Below, in pieces: positions 1-8,739 of a DNA stretch of 64,000 bases. The position numbers were made by a program, and so were the translations under genes. Below the pieces are notes generated by a model. The model searched no databases. It had not been told where the DNA came from and saw only the letters and a program-made list of their open reading frames with translations. The stretch spans positions 37,938 to 101,937 of the forward strand of contig CAZYUL010000001.1 in the NCBI GenBank assembly GCA_964650715.1. The letters run 5' to 3'. This DNA is from an uncultured Gemmatimonas sp. (GTDB lineage: Bacteria; Gemmatimonadota; Gemmatimonadetes; Gemmatimonadales; Gemmatimonadaceae). How positions within the stretch are numbered: the stretch's first letter is position 1; each line of letters starts with the position of its first letter.

Positions 1-1419
1 GTACTCCACCGCCCGCGCGTTCGGCGCCTCCTCCCGCATGACCAGTCGCGACCCCTGCCGCGTGAACTGGACCTCCACCGGCGCGCCGCGCATGCGGAAG
101 CGCTCTCCGCCGCGGGGCAGCAAGACCGCGTTCGAGAGCGAGTCCACGAGGTTCCCGTCACGCACGACGAGGACCGAGACCTCCTCGGTGCGCGGCGACC
201 GGTACGCCCCCGCGAGGGCCGCCAGCGCCTCCGGGCTCGCCGCGATCGCGGGCGTCGCGTCGGCGACGACCGGCGCCAGCGCATCGCCGAGGACGACCGT
301 CGCGACCGCGGTCGCGAGGCTCGCGGGGTTGGCCGAGCCCACGTTGCAGAGGAGCGCCACGGACACCGCCTGCTGCGGGAAGCGGTACAGCGCCGCGCGG
401 TATCCGCCGGTGGATCCGGTGTGCGAGACGCGCCGCACGCCGCGCCACTCGTCGGTGCTGACGCCCAGCCCATAGGTGATCGCGGTGCCGTCGTTGAGCC
501 GAATGCCGCTCGAGAGGGAGTCGCGGACCGCACCCCACGGACCCTCGCCGCGCTGCATCGCGTCTGACCACCTGAGGAAGTCATCGACCGTGATGAGGAG
601 CCCACCCGAACCGAACACGCGCGTGAAGGGGTGGTCGTGACGGAACCCCGTGGCGGGGGTCCCGGCGTAGGCCGTCGCCCGGCGCGGCACGACGGTGCGA
701 TGGTCCTCACGCCAACGCGTGTCGGTCATGCCGAGTGGGCGGAAGATCCGCTCGTCCGTGAAGCGCTGGAGGGTCATCCCGCTCACGCGCTCGAGCACCG
801 CGACCGCCACGACGTACCCGGTGTTGCTGTAGAGGTAGTCCTCGCCGGGGTCGAAGTTGAGGTCCCGCAGCCGGGAGACGATGTCCATCACCTCGGCGTT
901 GGGGTGATCCACCACGCCGGCCGGGCGGCCCATCATCTCGTGGAGCAGGTAACGGTCGGGGAGGCCGCTGGTGTGGGAGAGGAGCTGGCGCGTGGTGATC
1001 CGCTTGCCGATCCCCCGCACCTCCGGGACCCACTGCGAGATGTCGTCGTCGAGGCCGAGCCGGCCGTCGAGCACCAGGAGGACGAGCCCCGCGGCCACGA
1101 ACTGCTTGGCCACGGATCCGCTCTCGGAGATCGTGCCGGTGGTGAAGAGCGTCCCCTTCTCGAGGTCGGCCATGCCGTACGCGCGTCGCAGGAGCGACGA
1201 GCTGCCGCGGTCCACACCGACCGCGCACCCCGGGGTCGTCGTCCGCGCGAACGGCGCGAAGAGCGAATCCACGCGGCGCACGAGGGGCGGGTCGGCCGAC
1301 TGCGCGGCGAGCGGCGCCGCGAGGGGCGCGGCGAGGGATGTCGCGGCCGTGACGAGGATGCAGGCCGCCAGCGCGGTCGCCGCCGCGGTCGTATGGGGAG
1401 AATGGAGGTCGCGTCGCAT
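1..1419 (-). CDS. serine hydrolase, beta-lactamase family (partial, runs off the window edge)
   Basis: Not in the ORF track because there is no stop in the window. Manual translation from ATG 1419: signal peptide, then TPGCAVGV, RAYGMADLE, SGSVAKQF (SxxK) and YLYSNTGY (YxN). Confidence 0.88.
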   Translation of the reverse strand, partial: MRRDLHSPHTTAAATALAACILVTAATSLAAPLAAPLAAQSADPPLVRRVDSLFAPFARTTTPGCAVGVDRGSSSLLRRAYGMADLEKGTLFTTGTISESGSVAKQFVAAGLVLLVLDGRLGLDDDISQWVPEVRGIGKRITTRQLLSHTSGLPDRYLLHEMMGRPAGVVDHPNAEVMDIVSRLRDLNFDPGEDYLYSNTGYVVAVAVLERVSGMTLQRFTDERIFRPLGMTDTRWREDHRTVVPRRATAYAGTPATGFRHDHPFTRVFGSGGLLITVDDFLRWSDAMQRGEGPWGAVRDSLSSGIRLNDGTAITYGLGVSTDEWRGVRRVSHTGSTGGYRAALYRFPQQAVSVALLCNVGSANPASLATAVATVVLGDALAPVVADATPAIAASPEALAALAGAYRSPRTEEVSVLVVRDGNLVDSLSNAVLLPRGGERFRMRGAPVEVQFTRQGSRLVMREEAPNARAVEY

Positions 1420-1537
1420 CACCGTGTCGGGGCCGAGGTTGGTCGCTCGACCGGAAGATGCGGCGCGGGGGAACGCCGGTCCACCCGCGGGTATTCGATA
1501 GATTCCCGCGACAATGCCCTTCGAACCAGGAGTCTGC

Positions 1538-2746
1538 GTGCGCCGTCCGTTGCTCATCGTGCTCTCCGCGACCGCCCTGCCGCTCGCCCTGGCCTCGGCC
1601 CAGCCGCGCGGCGGAACCAATGCCGGCCAGCAGATCGGTCCCGGGGAGCAGTGCCCACCGGGGATGACCGAAGTGCGTCCGCGCAACTGCCAGGCGCCGA
1701 CGATGCCGGCGCCGAGCATCGTGGACTACCGGCCGCGGTCGACCCTCAAGGTGCCGGAGCACCCGGTGCCGAAGGCGAAGTTCCCGGCGGTGGATTTCCA
1801 CGGTCACCCCGGCGGCGGGCTGCTCAACTCGGCGGAAGGCCTGGAACGACTCGGGGACGAGATGGACGCGTTGAACCTCCGCGTGATGATCGCCGCGAGC
1901 AACATCTCGGGCGAGAACCTCACGCGTACCCTCGCGACGATCCGCTCCTCGCCACGGATGCGGGACCGCGTCCGCGTGCTCACCGGCATCGACTTCAGCG
2001 GCGTGGGCCCCGGATGGGCACAGCGCGCGGTGGCGCGGCTCGAGGCCGACGCGGCAGCGGGCGCGTCGGGGATCGGCGAGATCGGCAAGGGACTCGGGCT
2101 CTCGACGCGGAAGGTGGATGGCTCGCGCCTCGCGATCGACGACCCCGACCTCGATCCGGTCTGGGCGGCTGCGGGCCGGCTCGGGCTCCCGGTGTTCATC
2201 CACGTGGCCGACCCGCAGGAGTTCTGGAACCCGATCGACTTCAGCAACGAGCGATGGCTCGAGCTCGCGCTCTTCCCGAACCGGCGCTACCCGGGGGATC
2301 GTTTCCCCGCGTGGGAGCAACTCAACACCGAGCGCGACAACCTGTTCCGGAAGCACCCGCGCACGATCTTCGTGATCGCGCACATGGGGTGGCACGCGAA
2401 CGACCTCGGGCGACTCGCCAAGATGATGGACGACTACCCGAACCTCCTGACCGAGGTGGGCGCGGTGCTCTACGACATCGGGCGCCAGCCGCGAGCGGCG
2501 CGCGACTTCTTCATCAAGTACCAGGACCGCATCCTCTTCGGGAAGGACTCGTTCCAGCCCGAGGAGTATCCGTACTACTGGCGCGTGTTCGAGACGCGCG
2601 ACGACTACTTCGACTACTACCGCGATTACCACGCCTACTGGAAGCTCTATGGCATCGACCTTCCCGACGAGGTGCTGAAGAAGGTCTATTACGGGAATGC
2701 GGTGCGGATCCTCAAGGGGATGCCGCAGGACGGGTGGCCGCGGTGA
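1538..2746 (+). CDS. secreted amidohydrolase family protein (Amidohydro_2)
   Basis: DFHGH metal motif, VFIHVAD, IAHMGW, ILFGKD. GTG start follows an AGGAG SD; alternative ATG at 1514. Confidence 0.85.
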   Translation: MRRPLLIVLSATALPLALASAQPRGGTNAGQQIGPGEQCPPGMTEVRPRNCQAPTMPAPSIVDYRPRSTLKVPEHPVPKAKFPAVDFHGHPGGGLLNSAEGLERLGDEMDALNLRVMIAASNISGENLTRTLATIRSSPRMRDRVRVLTGIDFSGVGPGWAQRAVARLEADAAAGASGIGEIGKGLGLSTRKVDGSRLAIDDPDLDPVWAAAGRLGLPVFIHVADPQEFWNPIDFSNERWLELALFPNRRYPGDRFPAWEQLNTERDNLFRKHPRTIFVIAHMGWHANDLGRLAKMMDDYPNLLTEVGAVLYDIGRQPRAARDFFIKYQDRILFGKDSFQPEEYPYYWRVFETRDDYFDYYRDYHAYWKLYGIDLPDEVLKKVYYGNAVRILKGMPQDGWPR

Positions 2747-2791
2747 CCGCGCGCCGCTGACCGCGAGCGACCGGCCGCGCGCCAGGCGAAG

Positions 2792-3919
2792 ATGCCACCG
2801 CGAGTGGACGCCGGACTGCGAGGCGCCCCATCCCGCCCGGGATGGGGCGCCGTCGCGTCGTGGATGCTCGCGGCGGCGTTCCTCTTCGCGCCGATCCCGG
2901 CCGCGCTGGTCGAGGGCTGGTACTCGCGCGGCCTCTACCGCCTGGTGCAGCCGGTGGTCGCCACGCTCTCCGGCCTGGTGCCGTTCGCCCTCTTCGACCT
3001 CGTCCTCCTGGGGGTGGCGGCGGCGACCTTCGTGCTGCTCCTGCGGATCCTACTCCGTCCCCGCACCCAGGGACCGCGATCCCTCGCGCGGCTCCTCTCG
3101 CTGTGGGCCGCGGTCGTGATCGTCTTCGCGCTCACGTGGGGCCTCAACTTCCGGCGCGTGCCGCTGCGCGAGTCCGCGCGGTTCGACGGGTCGCGCCTCA
3201 CCCCCGAGCGCGTGCGGGCGCTGGCCGAGCGTACCGTGCGCGTGCTGAACGAGACGCACGCCGCGCTCCCCGCGTCGTGGCCGGACGATGCCGTGATGCA
3301 CGACTCACTCGCGGCGCACTTCGGCGAGGCCGCCGAGGCGTTCGCCGGCTGGCGTCCGGCGCTCGCGCGGCCGAAGGCCACGCTCCTCGGTTACTACATG
3401 CCGCGGATCGCGATGAACGGCTACTACCTGAGCCTCTTCCACGAGGTCGCGATCAATCCCGAGCTGCTCCCCTTCGAGCGTCCCTACGTGCTCGCGCACG
3501 AGTGGGCGCACGGCCTCGGGCACGCGAACGAGTCCGAAGCGGCGTACGTGGGGTGGCTCGCGTGCGACCGCGCGCCGGCCTGGGCGCGCTACAGCGCCTG
3601 GATGCGGGTGCTCGACTACCTGATGGACGACCTCCCGCGCGAGGAACTGCGCACCGTCCTCGCCCCCCTCGACAGCGGCGTCCGGCGCGACCTACAGGCC
3701 CGCAACGAGCGCGCCCGGCGCCACTTCAAGCCGGCCCTGCGCCGGCTCAACGAGGCCGTGCAGGACCGGGCCGCGGCGCTCGCGCGCGTGGACGCGACCC
3801 AGCGCGATTACGACCTCCTGGTCCAGCTCATCCTCGGACTCGACGCGCCTTCAGCGAACGGCGTAGAGGTGCCCGTCGGTGCTGCCGAAGTACGCGACCC
3901 CATCCACGATCGCCGGTGA
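2792..3919 (+). CDS. DUF3810-like membrane-anchored zincin metallopeptidase
   Basis: N-terminal TM helices, WGLNFRR, HEWAH (HExxH) followed by ESEA. Confidence 0.75.
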   Translation: MPPRVDAGLRGAPSRPGWGAVASWMLAAAFLFAPIPAALVEGWYSRGLYRLVQPVVATLSGLVPFALFDLVLLGVAAATFVLLLRILLRPRTQGPRSLARLLSLWAAVVIVFALTWGLNFRRVPLRESARFDGSRLTPERVRALAERTVRVLNETHAALPASWPDDAVMHDSLAAHFGEAAEAFAGWRPALARPKATLLGYYMPRIAMNGYYLSLFHEVAINPELLPFERPYVLAHEWAHGLGHANESEAAYVGWLACDRAPAWARYSAWMRVLDYLMDDLPREELRTVLAPLDSGVRRDLQARNERARRHFKPALRRLNEAVQDRAAALARVDATQRDYDLLVQLILGLDAPSANGVEVPVGAAEVRDPIHDRR

Positions 3920-5167
3920 GCTGAGCACCGACCCGAGAGTCATCATCGTCCGCATGCCGATCATCATCCCATCGAGCGTGCGGTCCGGGTACATGAGGTC
4001 GGTGCGGAGCTGGCCGCTCGGGCTGAGGAGCCGCGGGCCGTTCTCCTTCGAGCCGTCGGTCTGGAACCGCGCACGGAAGGCGCGCTCGCTGATGCCGACC
4101 GCATTGAGGAAGCCGTCCGACGTGCCGAAGTAGACGACGTCCCCTGCGATCGCCGGGGAGGAGAACGAGATGGTCGGCATCTGGATGTCGAAGCGGATGG
4201 CGCCGGTGGCGGCGTCGGCGGCCTTGAACCGCCTCCCGTCGCTCGTCGGGAAGTAGACGACGCCGTCATGCACTGCCGGCGAGGCGATGGTCCACCCGCC
4301 GCGGTTGTCGATCTTCCACCGCAGGGCGCCGGTGCGCGCATCCACCGCGTGGAAGTGCCCGTCGCGACCGCCGACGAACACCATCCCTCCGGCGACCGCC
4401 GCCGAGCTCGCGATCCCGATCTGGTTGTAGATGGTGGTGTCGTTGCCGGTGGTGTAGCGCCAGCGCTCCCGCCCGGTGGCGGCGTCGAGGGCGTACAGGT
4501 TGCGATCCCAGCTCCCGATGTAGACGACGCCGTCGGCGACGGCCGGCGACGCGTGTACCACATCGCCGGTCGCGAACGACCAGCGGAGCGCGCCGGTCGC
4601 GAGATCGAGCGCGTACACGTGCTGGTCGCCGCTGCCGACGTACACGACGCCATCCACCACGGTCGGCGACGAGAGGAAGACGTCGAATGGGTCGGGCATC
4701 CGCTCGGTCCGCGGGAGCGCGCCGTGGATCCCGGGCGCGGTGAAGCGTCGCTCGCCCTTGGTCGCGAAGGTCCACCGCTTCGCGCCGCTGTTCGCGTCCA
4801 CGGCGTGCACGAGCCCGTCAACGCTCGAGACGATCACGAGGCCGTCGGCGACCGCGGGGGACGACGCGACCGGTCCGCCGGTCCGGTACGTCCAGCGCTC
4901 GGTCCCGGTGGCGCGGTCGAGCGCGTGGAGCGCGCCGTCGGTGCTGCCGACGAAGACGCGATCGCCGACGACGGCGGGCGTCGAGATCACGCGCCCCCCG
5001 GTCCTGAACTTCCACGCGAGCGTCGAGAGCGTGGGCGCGGCGGAGGCATAGACACCCCGATGCGCCGGCTCCCCGCGGAACATCGGGGACTGCGCGGCGA
5101 TCGGCGCGGTCGCAACGAGGGCGGCGACGACGAGAGGGGCGTGGACGGTGACGCGGGCGCTGGCCAT
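3851..5167 (-). CDS. PQQ-binding-like beta-propeller repeat protein
   Basis: Signal peptide and repeated SSPAVxDGVVYxGSxDxxLYALD..G...W blades. Start set at MASARV. Confidence 0.85.
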   Translation of the reverse strand: MASARVTVHAPLVVAALVATAPIAAQSPMFRGEPAHRGVYASAAPTLSTLAWKFRTGGRVISTPAVVGDRVFVGSTDGALHALDRATGTERWTYRTGGPVASSPAVADGLVIVSSVDGLVHAVDANSGAKRWTFATKGERRFTAPGIHGALPRTERMPDPFDVFLSSPTVVDGVVYVGSGDQHVYALDLATGALRWSFATGDVVHASPAVADGVVYIGSWDRNLYALDAATGRERWRYTTGNDTTIYNQIGIASSAAVAGGMVFVGGRDGHFHAVDARTGALRWKIDNRGGWTIASPAVHDGVVYFPTSDGRRFKAADAATGAIRFDIQMPTISFSSPAIAGDVVYFGTSDGFLNAVGISERAFRARFQTDGSKENGPRLLSPSGQLRTDLMYPDRTLDGMMIGMRTMMTLGSVLSSPAIVDGVAYFGSTDGHLYAVR

Positions 5168-5282
5168 GCGGTACTCCAGGTGGGAACGCGGTCGTCCGGC
5201 AACCTCGGCGCGACTCGACGACCGGGCTTGAATGAAGTTGCGAGAGCTGGTGACCGCGCCGCCGCCGACACAGATTGCGCCG

Positions 5283-5582
5283 ATGCTCACCGATCCACAC
5301 GCCCCCCTGCGCGACCGCGTCACCGGCACCGTGCTCGACGGCCCCGGTGTCTCGTCGCAGCAGCTCCGGCGCGCCGCCGCCGCCGGTCGCGACCTGCCCG
5401 AGGACCTCCAGCCCCTCGTGGAGAAGATCCGCGCGCACGCCTACCGCGTGACGGACGAGGACGTCGCGCGCGCCCAGTCCCGCCGCGGCGACGACGCGAT
5501 GTTCGAGGTCGTCGTGAGCGCCGCGCTGGGCGCCGCGCACGACCGCCTCACCGCGGGCCTCCGCGCCCTGGAGCAGGCATGA
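5283..5582 (+). CDS. AhpD/CMD-like helical protein lacking catalytic Cys
   Basis: HAYRVTDEDVARA...DDAMFEVVVSAALGA resembles the AhpD C-terminal helices. Stop overlaps the next start (ATGA). CAGATT lies 6 nt before the ATG. Confidence 0.7.
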   Translation: MLTDPHAPLRDRVTGTVLDGPGVSSQQLRRAAAAGRDLPEDLQPLVEKIRAHAYRVTDEDVARAQSRRGDDAMFEVVVSAALGAAHDRLTAGLRALEQA

Positions 5583-6157
5583 GGCTCCGACGCGTCCACA
5601 CCGGGCACGGCCTGCGCGACAAGCTGCAGCTCGCGCTGATGCGGGTGTTCGCGGGTCACGCGCCGGGGGTCGTCCGCACCCTGCTCTACCGCAAGGAGTA
5701 CTTCGGTCGGCCCTTCAGCGCGCTCACCCAGCAGGTGATGCGCGGCCCATCGGCCTGGTCCGTCGGCGAGCGTGAGATCTTCGCGGCGTACGTCTCGCGA
5801 TTGAACCAATGCGTCTTCTGAACCAACGCTCACTCCGCGGTCGCGGAGGCAGCGCTGGGCGATGGGACGATGGCCGCGATCCTGCGGGATGTGGAGACCG
5901 CGCCGATCGGCGCGCGCCTGCGCGCGATGCTGCGCCTGCTCGAGACCTTCACGTTGCGCCCGGATGAGCTGACGCCCGAGGCGGTGCGCGCGGCGCTCGC
6001 GGCCGGCGTGAGCCGCGAACAGGTGCGGGATGCGTTCTACGTGGCCTTCCTGTTCAACATCTACGACCGGCTCGCGGATACCCTCGGCTGGGAACTGCCC
6101 GACGCGCGCTACTACCCCAAAGCCGGCCAGCGCCTGCTCCATCACGGCTACCTGTGA
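5579..6157 (+). CDS. AhpD-like/carboxymuconolactone decarboxylase family peroxidase, candidate selenoprotein (UGA 5819-5821 read as Sec)
   Basis: ORF 5579-5821 and ORF 5870-6157 share a frame. Readthrough gives EREIFAAYVSRLNQC-V-F-U-TNAH, the CxxCxxxH motif with UGA at the second Cys. A hairpin follows immediately. Confidence 0.8.
5827..5854 (+). promoter_or_regulatory. putative bacterial SECIS hairpin
   Basis: CGCT-CA-CTCCGC-GGTC-GCGGAG-GC-AGCG. The upper stem begins after an 11-nt spacer from the UGA and the loop starts with G. Confidence 0.7.
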
Positions 6158-6167
6158 GGGCACCCTG

Positions 6168-6581
6168 ATGAGCGACGCGCTAGAGAGCCGGATCCGCGAG
6201 AGCTTCGCGCGACAGGACTTCATGCGCACGCTCGGCGCCGAGCTGACGTCGGTGGCACCCGGCGCGATCGAGATCCGCCTCCCGATCCGCGCCGGGCTGC
6301 TGCAGCAGCACGGGTTCGCGCACGCGGGCGTCGTCGCGAGCATCGCCGACGCCGCCTGCGGCTACGCGGCGCTGAGCCGGATGGAGCCGGGCGACGACGT
6401 CGTGAGCGTCGAATTCAAGCTGAACCTGCTCTCGCCGGCGGTCGGCGAGCACCTCGTCGCCCGCGCGCGGGTGGTGCGGTCGGGGAAGCGGCTCACCGTC
6501 ACCGCCTGCGACGTGTTCGCGCTCTCGCGTGGCGAGGAGAAGTGCGTCGCGACCTTCCTCGGGACGATGATCCGCCAGTAG
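6168..6581 (+). CDS. PaaI family thioesterase
   Basis: QQHGFAHAGVVASIADAACG hot-dog fold motif, VSVEFKLNLL. Confidence 0.88.
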   Translation: MSDALESRIRESFARQDFMRTLGAELTSVAPGAIEIRLPIRAGLLQQHGFAHAGVVASIADAACGYAALSRMEPGDDVVSVEFKLNLLSPAVGEHLVARARVVRSGKRLTVTACDVFALSRGEEKCVATFLGTMIRQ

Positions 6582-6587
6582 GCGCGT

Positions 6588-7079
6588 TCAGCGGCCGAGG
6601 TACACCGGTCCGGAGAACCCGACGAGCGACATCACCTCGAAGGTGACCTCCTCGTCGGCGACCATCTCGTCCCAGTCGATGGCGACGCGGATCGGATGCC
6701 CGAAGTCCCCGTCGTACAGGGGCTCGAGGGAGTACGCCGGCATCTCGATCGCCTCGCGGACGATGTCGAAGAGCCCCTCGACCGACGGGTACCACTGCCA
6801 CTGCTCCGTTGGGAGGGCTTCGTCGGCACCGACGACGCGCACGTCGGTCACGATCCCGTGGGAGACGGTGACCTGTCGTGGCTCCGTCGTCGCGCAGTAG
6901 CAGATCCGGCGCAGCGTGAGCACGTAGGAGTCCGGACCATTGGCGTCCCAGCGATGCTCGGCCTGCTCGAGCCGGTGCCGGAGCACCTGCTGCTCCACCG
7001 GGCCGATGCCGAGCGAGGTGTCACAGGCGGTGAGCGTCACCACCGCCGCGAGGATCATCTGCGCCCGTCCCATGCCCAT
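6588..7079 (-). CDS. DUF6174-like lipoprotein
   Basis: Lipobox LTAC, W...GPDSY...RICYC, SVEGLF, YDGDFGHP, DEE. Confidence 0.7.
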   Translation of the reverse strand: MGMGRAQMILAAVVTLTACDTSLGIGPVEQQVLRHRLEQAEHRWDANGPDSYVLTLRRICYCATTEPRQVTVSHGIVTDVRVVGADEALPTEQWQWYPSVEGLFDIVREAIEMPAYSLEPLYDGDFGHPIRVAIDWDEMVADEEVTFEVMSLVGFSGPVYLGR

Positions 7080-7103
7080 CCTACCGCTCGTCTCGTCCCC
7101 GCG

Positions 7104-7742
7104 TCACGACGGCTCGGGAGGCCACCGGCGGGCGATCGCCCAGGCCACGAGCCAACCCGCCCCGGCGCCGAGTGCGACATCGCTGGCGAAATGCGCTCGG
7201 CTGGTGACGCGCGTGAGCGCGCAACCGGCGGCGAGCACATACCCCACCCAGCGCGCGCGTGGATAGAGCCGAGCCAGCATCGCCGCGCCTGCGAACGCGA
7301 CCATCGTGTGCGAGCTCGGGAACGCCAGGCCCGACGTGCTCCAGGTGCGGTCGTCGAAGGGTCGGAATCCGTAGAGACCGTCGTGGAGCCCCGGCCGCTC
7401 CCGCCGCAGGACGAGCTTGAGGAGTTCCGCCGCGGCTCCGCCGGCTGCCGCGCTCCAGAAGAGCAGGTTCGCGCGACGGCGCGCCCGCGGCACCCGCGCG
7501 GGATCCCCTCCTTCGAGCGACCGCACCGCGATCGCCAGGGCGAGCCACGTCCCGAGGAACCCCATCACGCGGAGGAGCCGCCCCCAGTCCCGATCGTACA
7601 CCCGCGGGTCGTGGACGTTGAGGTACACCCAGGGGTCCGCGGCGGTCGCAACCAGCACCGCCATCAACGTGATGGCGAGGGCCTTCCACGCGGCGCGCGC
7701 TCCCGGCGGCGTGTGTGCCGACGTCGCGTCGGGTCCGGTCAT
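7104..7742 (-). CDS. PAP2 family phosphatase
   Basis: KxxxxRERP, FPSSH, TRVTSRAHFASDV motifs; TM helices. Confidence 0.88.
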   Translation of the reverse strand: MTGPDATSAHTPPGARAAWKALAITLMAVLVATAADPWVYLNVHDPRVYDRDWGRLLRVMGFLGTWLALAIAVRSLEGGDPARVPRARRRANLLFWSAAAGGAAAELLKLVLRRERPGLHDGLYGFRPFDDRTWSTSGLAFPSSHTMVAFAGAAMLARLYPRARWVGYVLAAGCALTRVTSRAHFASDVALGAGAGWLVAWAIARRWPPEPS

Positions 7743-8332
7743 CGCAGCAGTCCCTCGAGTCCGGCGAGGATGCGCTCGGTCATCCCCCAGATGGTGAAGT
7801 CCGCGAGCTGGTACGCCTCGACCTGCATTCGGCGGTCACGCACCATCACCTCGGTGCGCACGCGGGCAGCGGGCCGGAAGAGGTCGCCGAGCCGCACCCA
7901 GCGGGCCTCGGCCACTTCGTCACTCAGGGTGAGCGCCGGCGCCGCCTCCACCATCGCCACGAACGGTCGCACGATGATCGGCGGGAGCACCGGGGTGCGC
8001 GGCCGGAGTTCGTCGAGGGCGCCGACGACGTGGCCCACGCGGCGCAGGTCTATCCCGACCTCCTCGAGTGTCTCGCGGAGCGCGGCGTCCTCGAGTGATC
8101 GGTCGCCAGGCGAAAGGCGGCCGCCGGGAAGTCCGACCTGGGCACTCCACGGATCCCCCTCGCGTGTCGCGCGCCGGATGAGGAGCAGTTCCGCGTCATG
8201 GTGGGAGCGTGGGACGAGCACCAGCGCGACCGCTGCCTCCTTATAGGGTTCGTCTCGCTCGGCGAGCGCCGGCGTGCGCGCCGCGAGCGCGGTGGCGAGT
8301 CGTCGCGTGAACGGATGCGACGCTGCCGTCAC
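7739..8332 (-). CDS. NUDIX hydrolase, CoA pyrophosphatase type
   Basis: QVGLPGG...AALRETLEEVG Nudix box, IWGMT. Confidence 0.88.
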   Translation of the reverse strand: MTAASHPFTRRLATALAARTPALAERDEPYKEAAVALVLVPRSHHDAELLLIRRATREGDPWSAQVGLPGGRLSPGDRSLEDAALRETLEEVGIDLRRVGHVVGALDELRPRTPVLPPIIVRPFVAMVEAAPALTLSDEVAEARWVRLGDLFRPAARVRTEVMVRDRRMQVEAYQLADFTIWGMTERILAGLEGLLR

Positions 8333-8695
8333 TCAGCCCTCGACCGCGCCACCCGAGGCGACCCATGCGCCCCAGCCGCCGAGCATCGCGACGACGTTCG
8401 TGTAGCCCATCTCACGGAGCGTGTCGGCGGCGAGCGATGAGCGGTTCTCGCTCGCGCAGTAGACGACGATCGGCTCCTCGCGCTGGAGGATGGCTTCGAC
8501 CTTGGTCTCCAGGTTGCCGCGCGAGATCGTCGTCGCGCCGGGGATCCGGCCGAGGTTCGTCTCGTTGGGGTCGCGCACGTCGAGCAGGCGCGGTGGCGTG
8601 GGGCCCGCCAGGGCGGACTTCACCTCCTCGACCGTCACGAGGCGGATGCGGGTCTTGGCGTCGGCGACGAGGTCACGTCCGGTGCGGAACGACAT
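8333..8695 (-). CDS. rhodanese-like domain protein
   Basis: LLDVRDPNE...GRIPGA, VVYCASENRS, GYTNVVAMLGGWGAW. The real start is MSFRTG inside the longer ORF. Confidence 0.88.
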   Translation of the reverse strand: MSFRTGRDLVADAKTRIRLVTVEEVKSALAGPTPPRLLDVRDPNETNLGRIPGATTISRGNLETKVEAILQREEPIVVYCASENRSSLAADTLREMGYTNVVAMLGGWGAWVASGGAVEG

Positions 8696-8739
8696 CGAAC
8701 TGGGGTGAGGGTGGAGGATGAAAGGTAACCCGTGGGTCC

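Noticed and set aside
5870-6157. Independent 95-aa gene starting at ATG 5870
   Set aside because: It is in frame with the upstream ORF and completes the AhpD fold; UGA readthrough explains it better.
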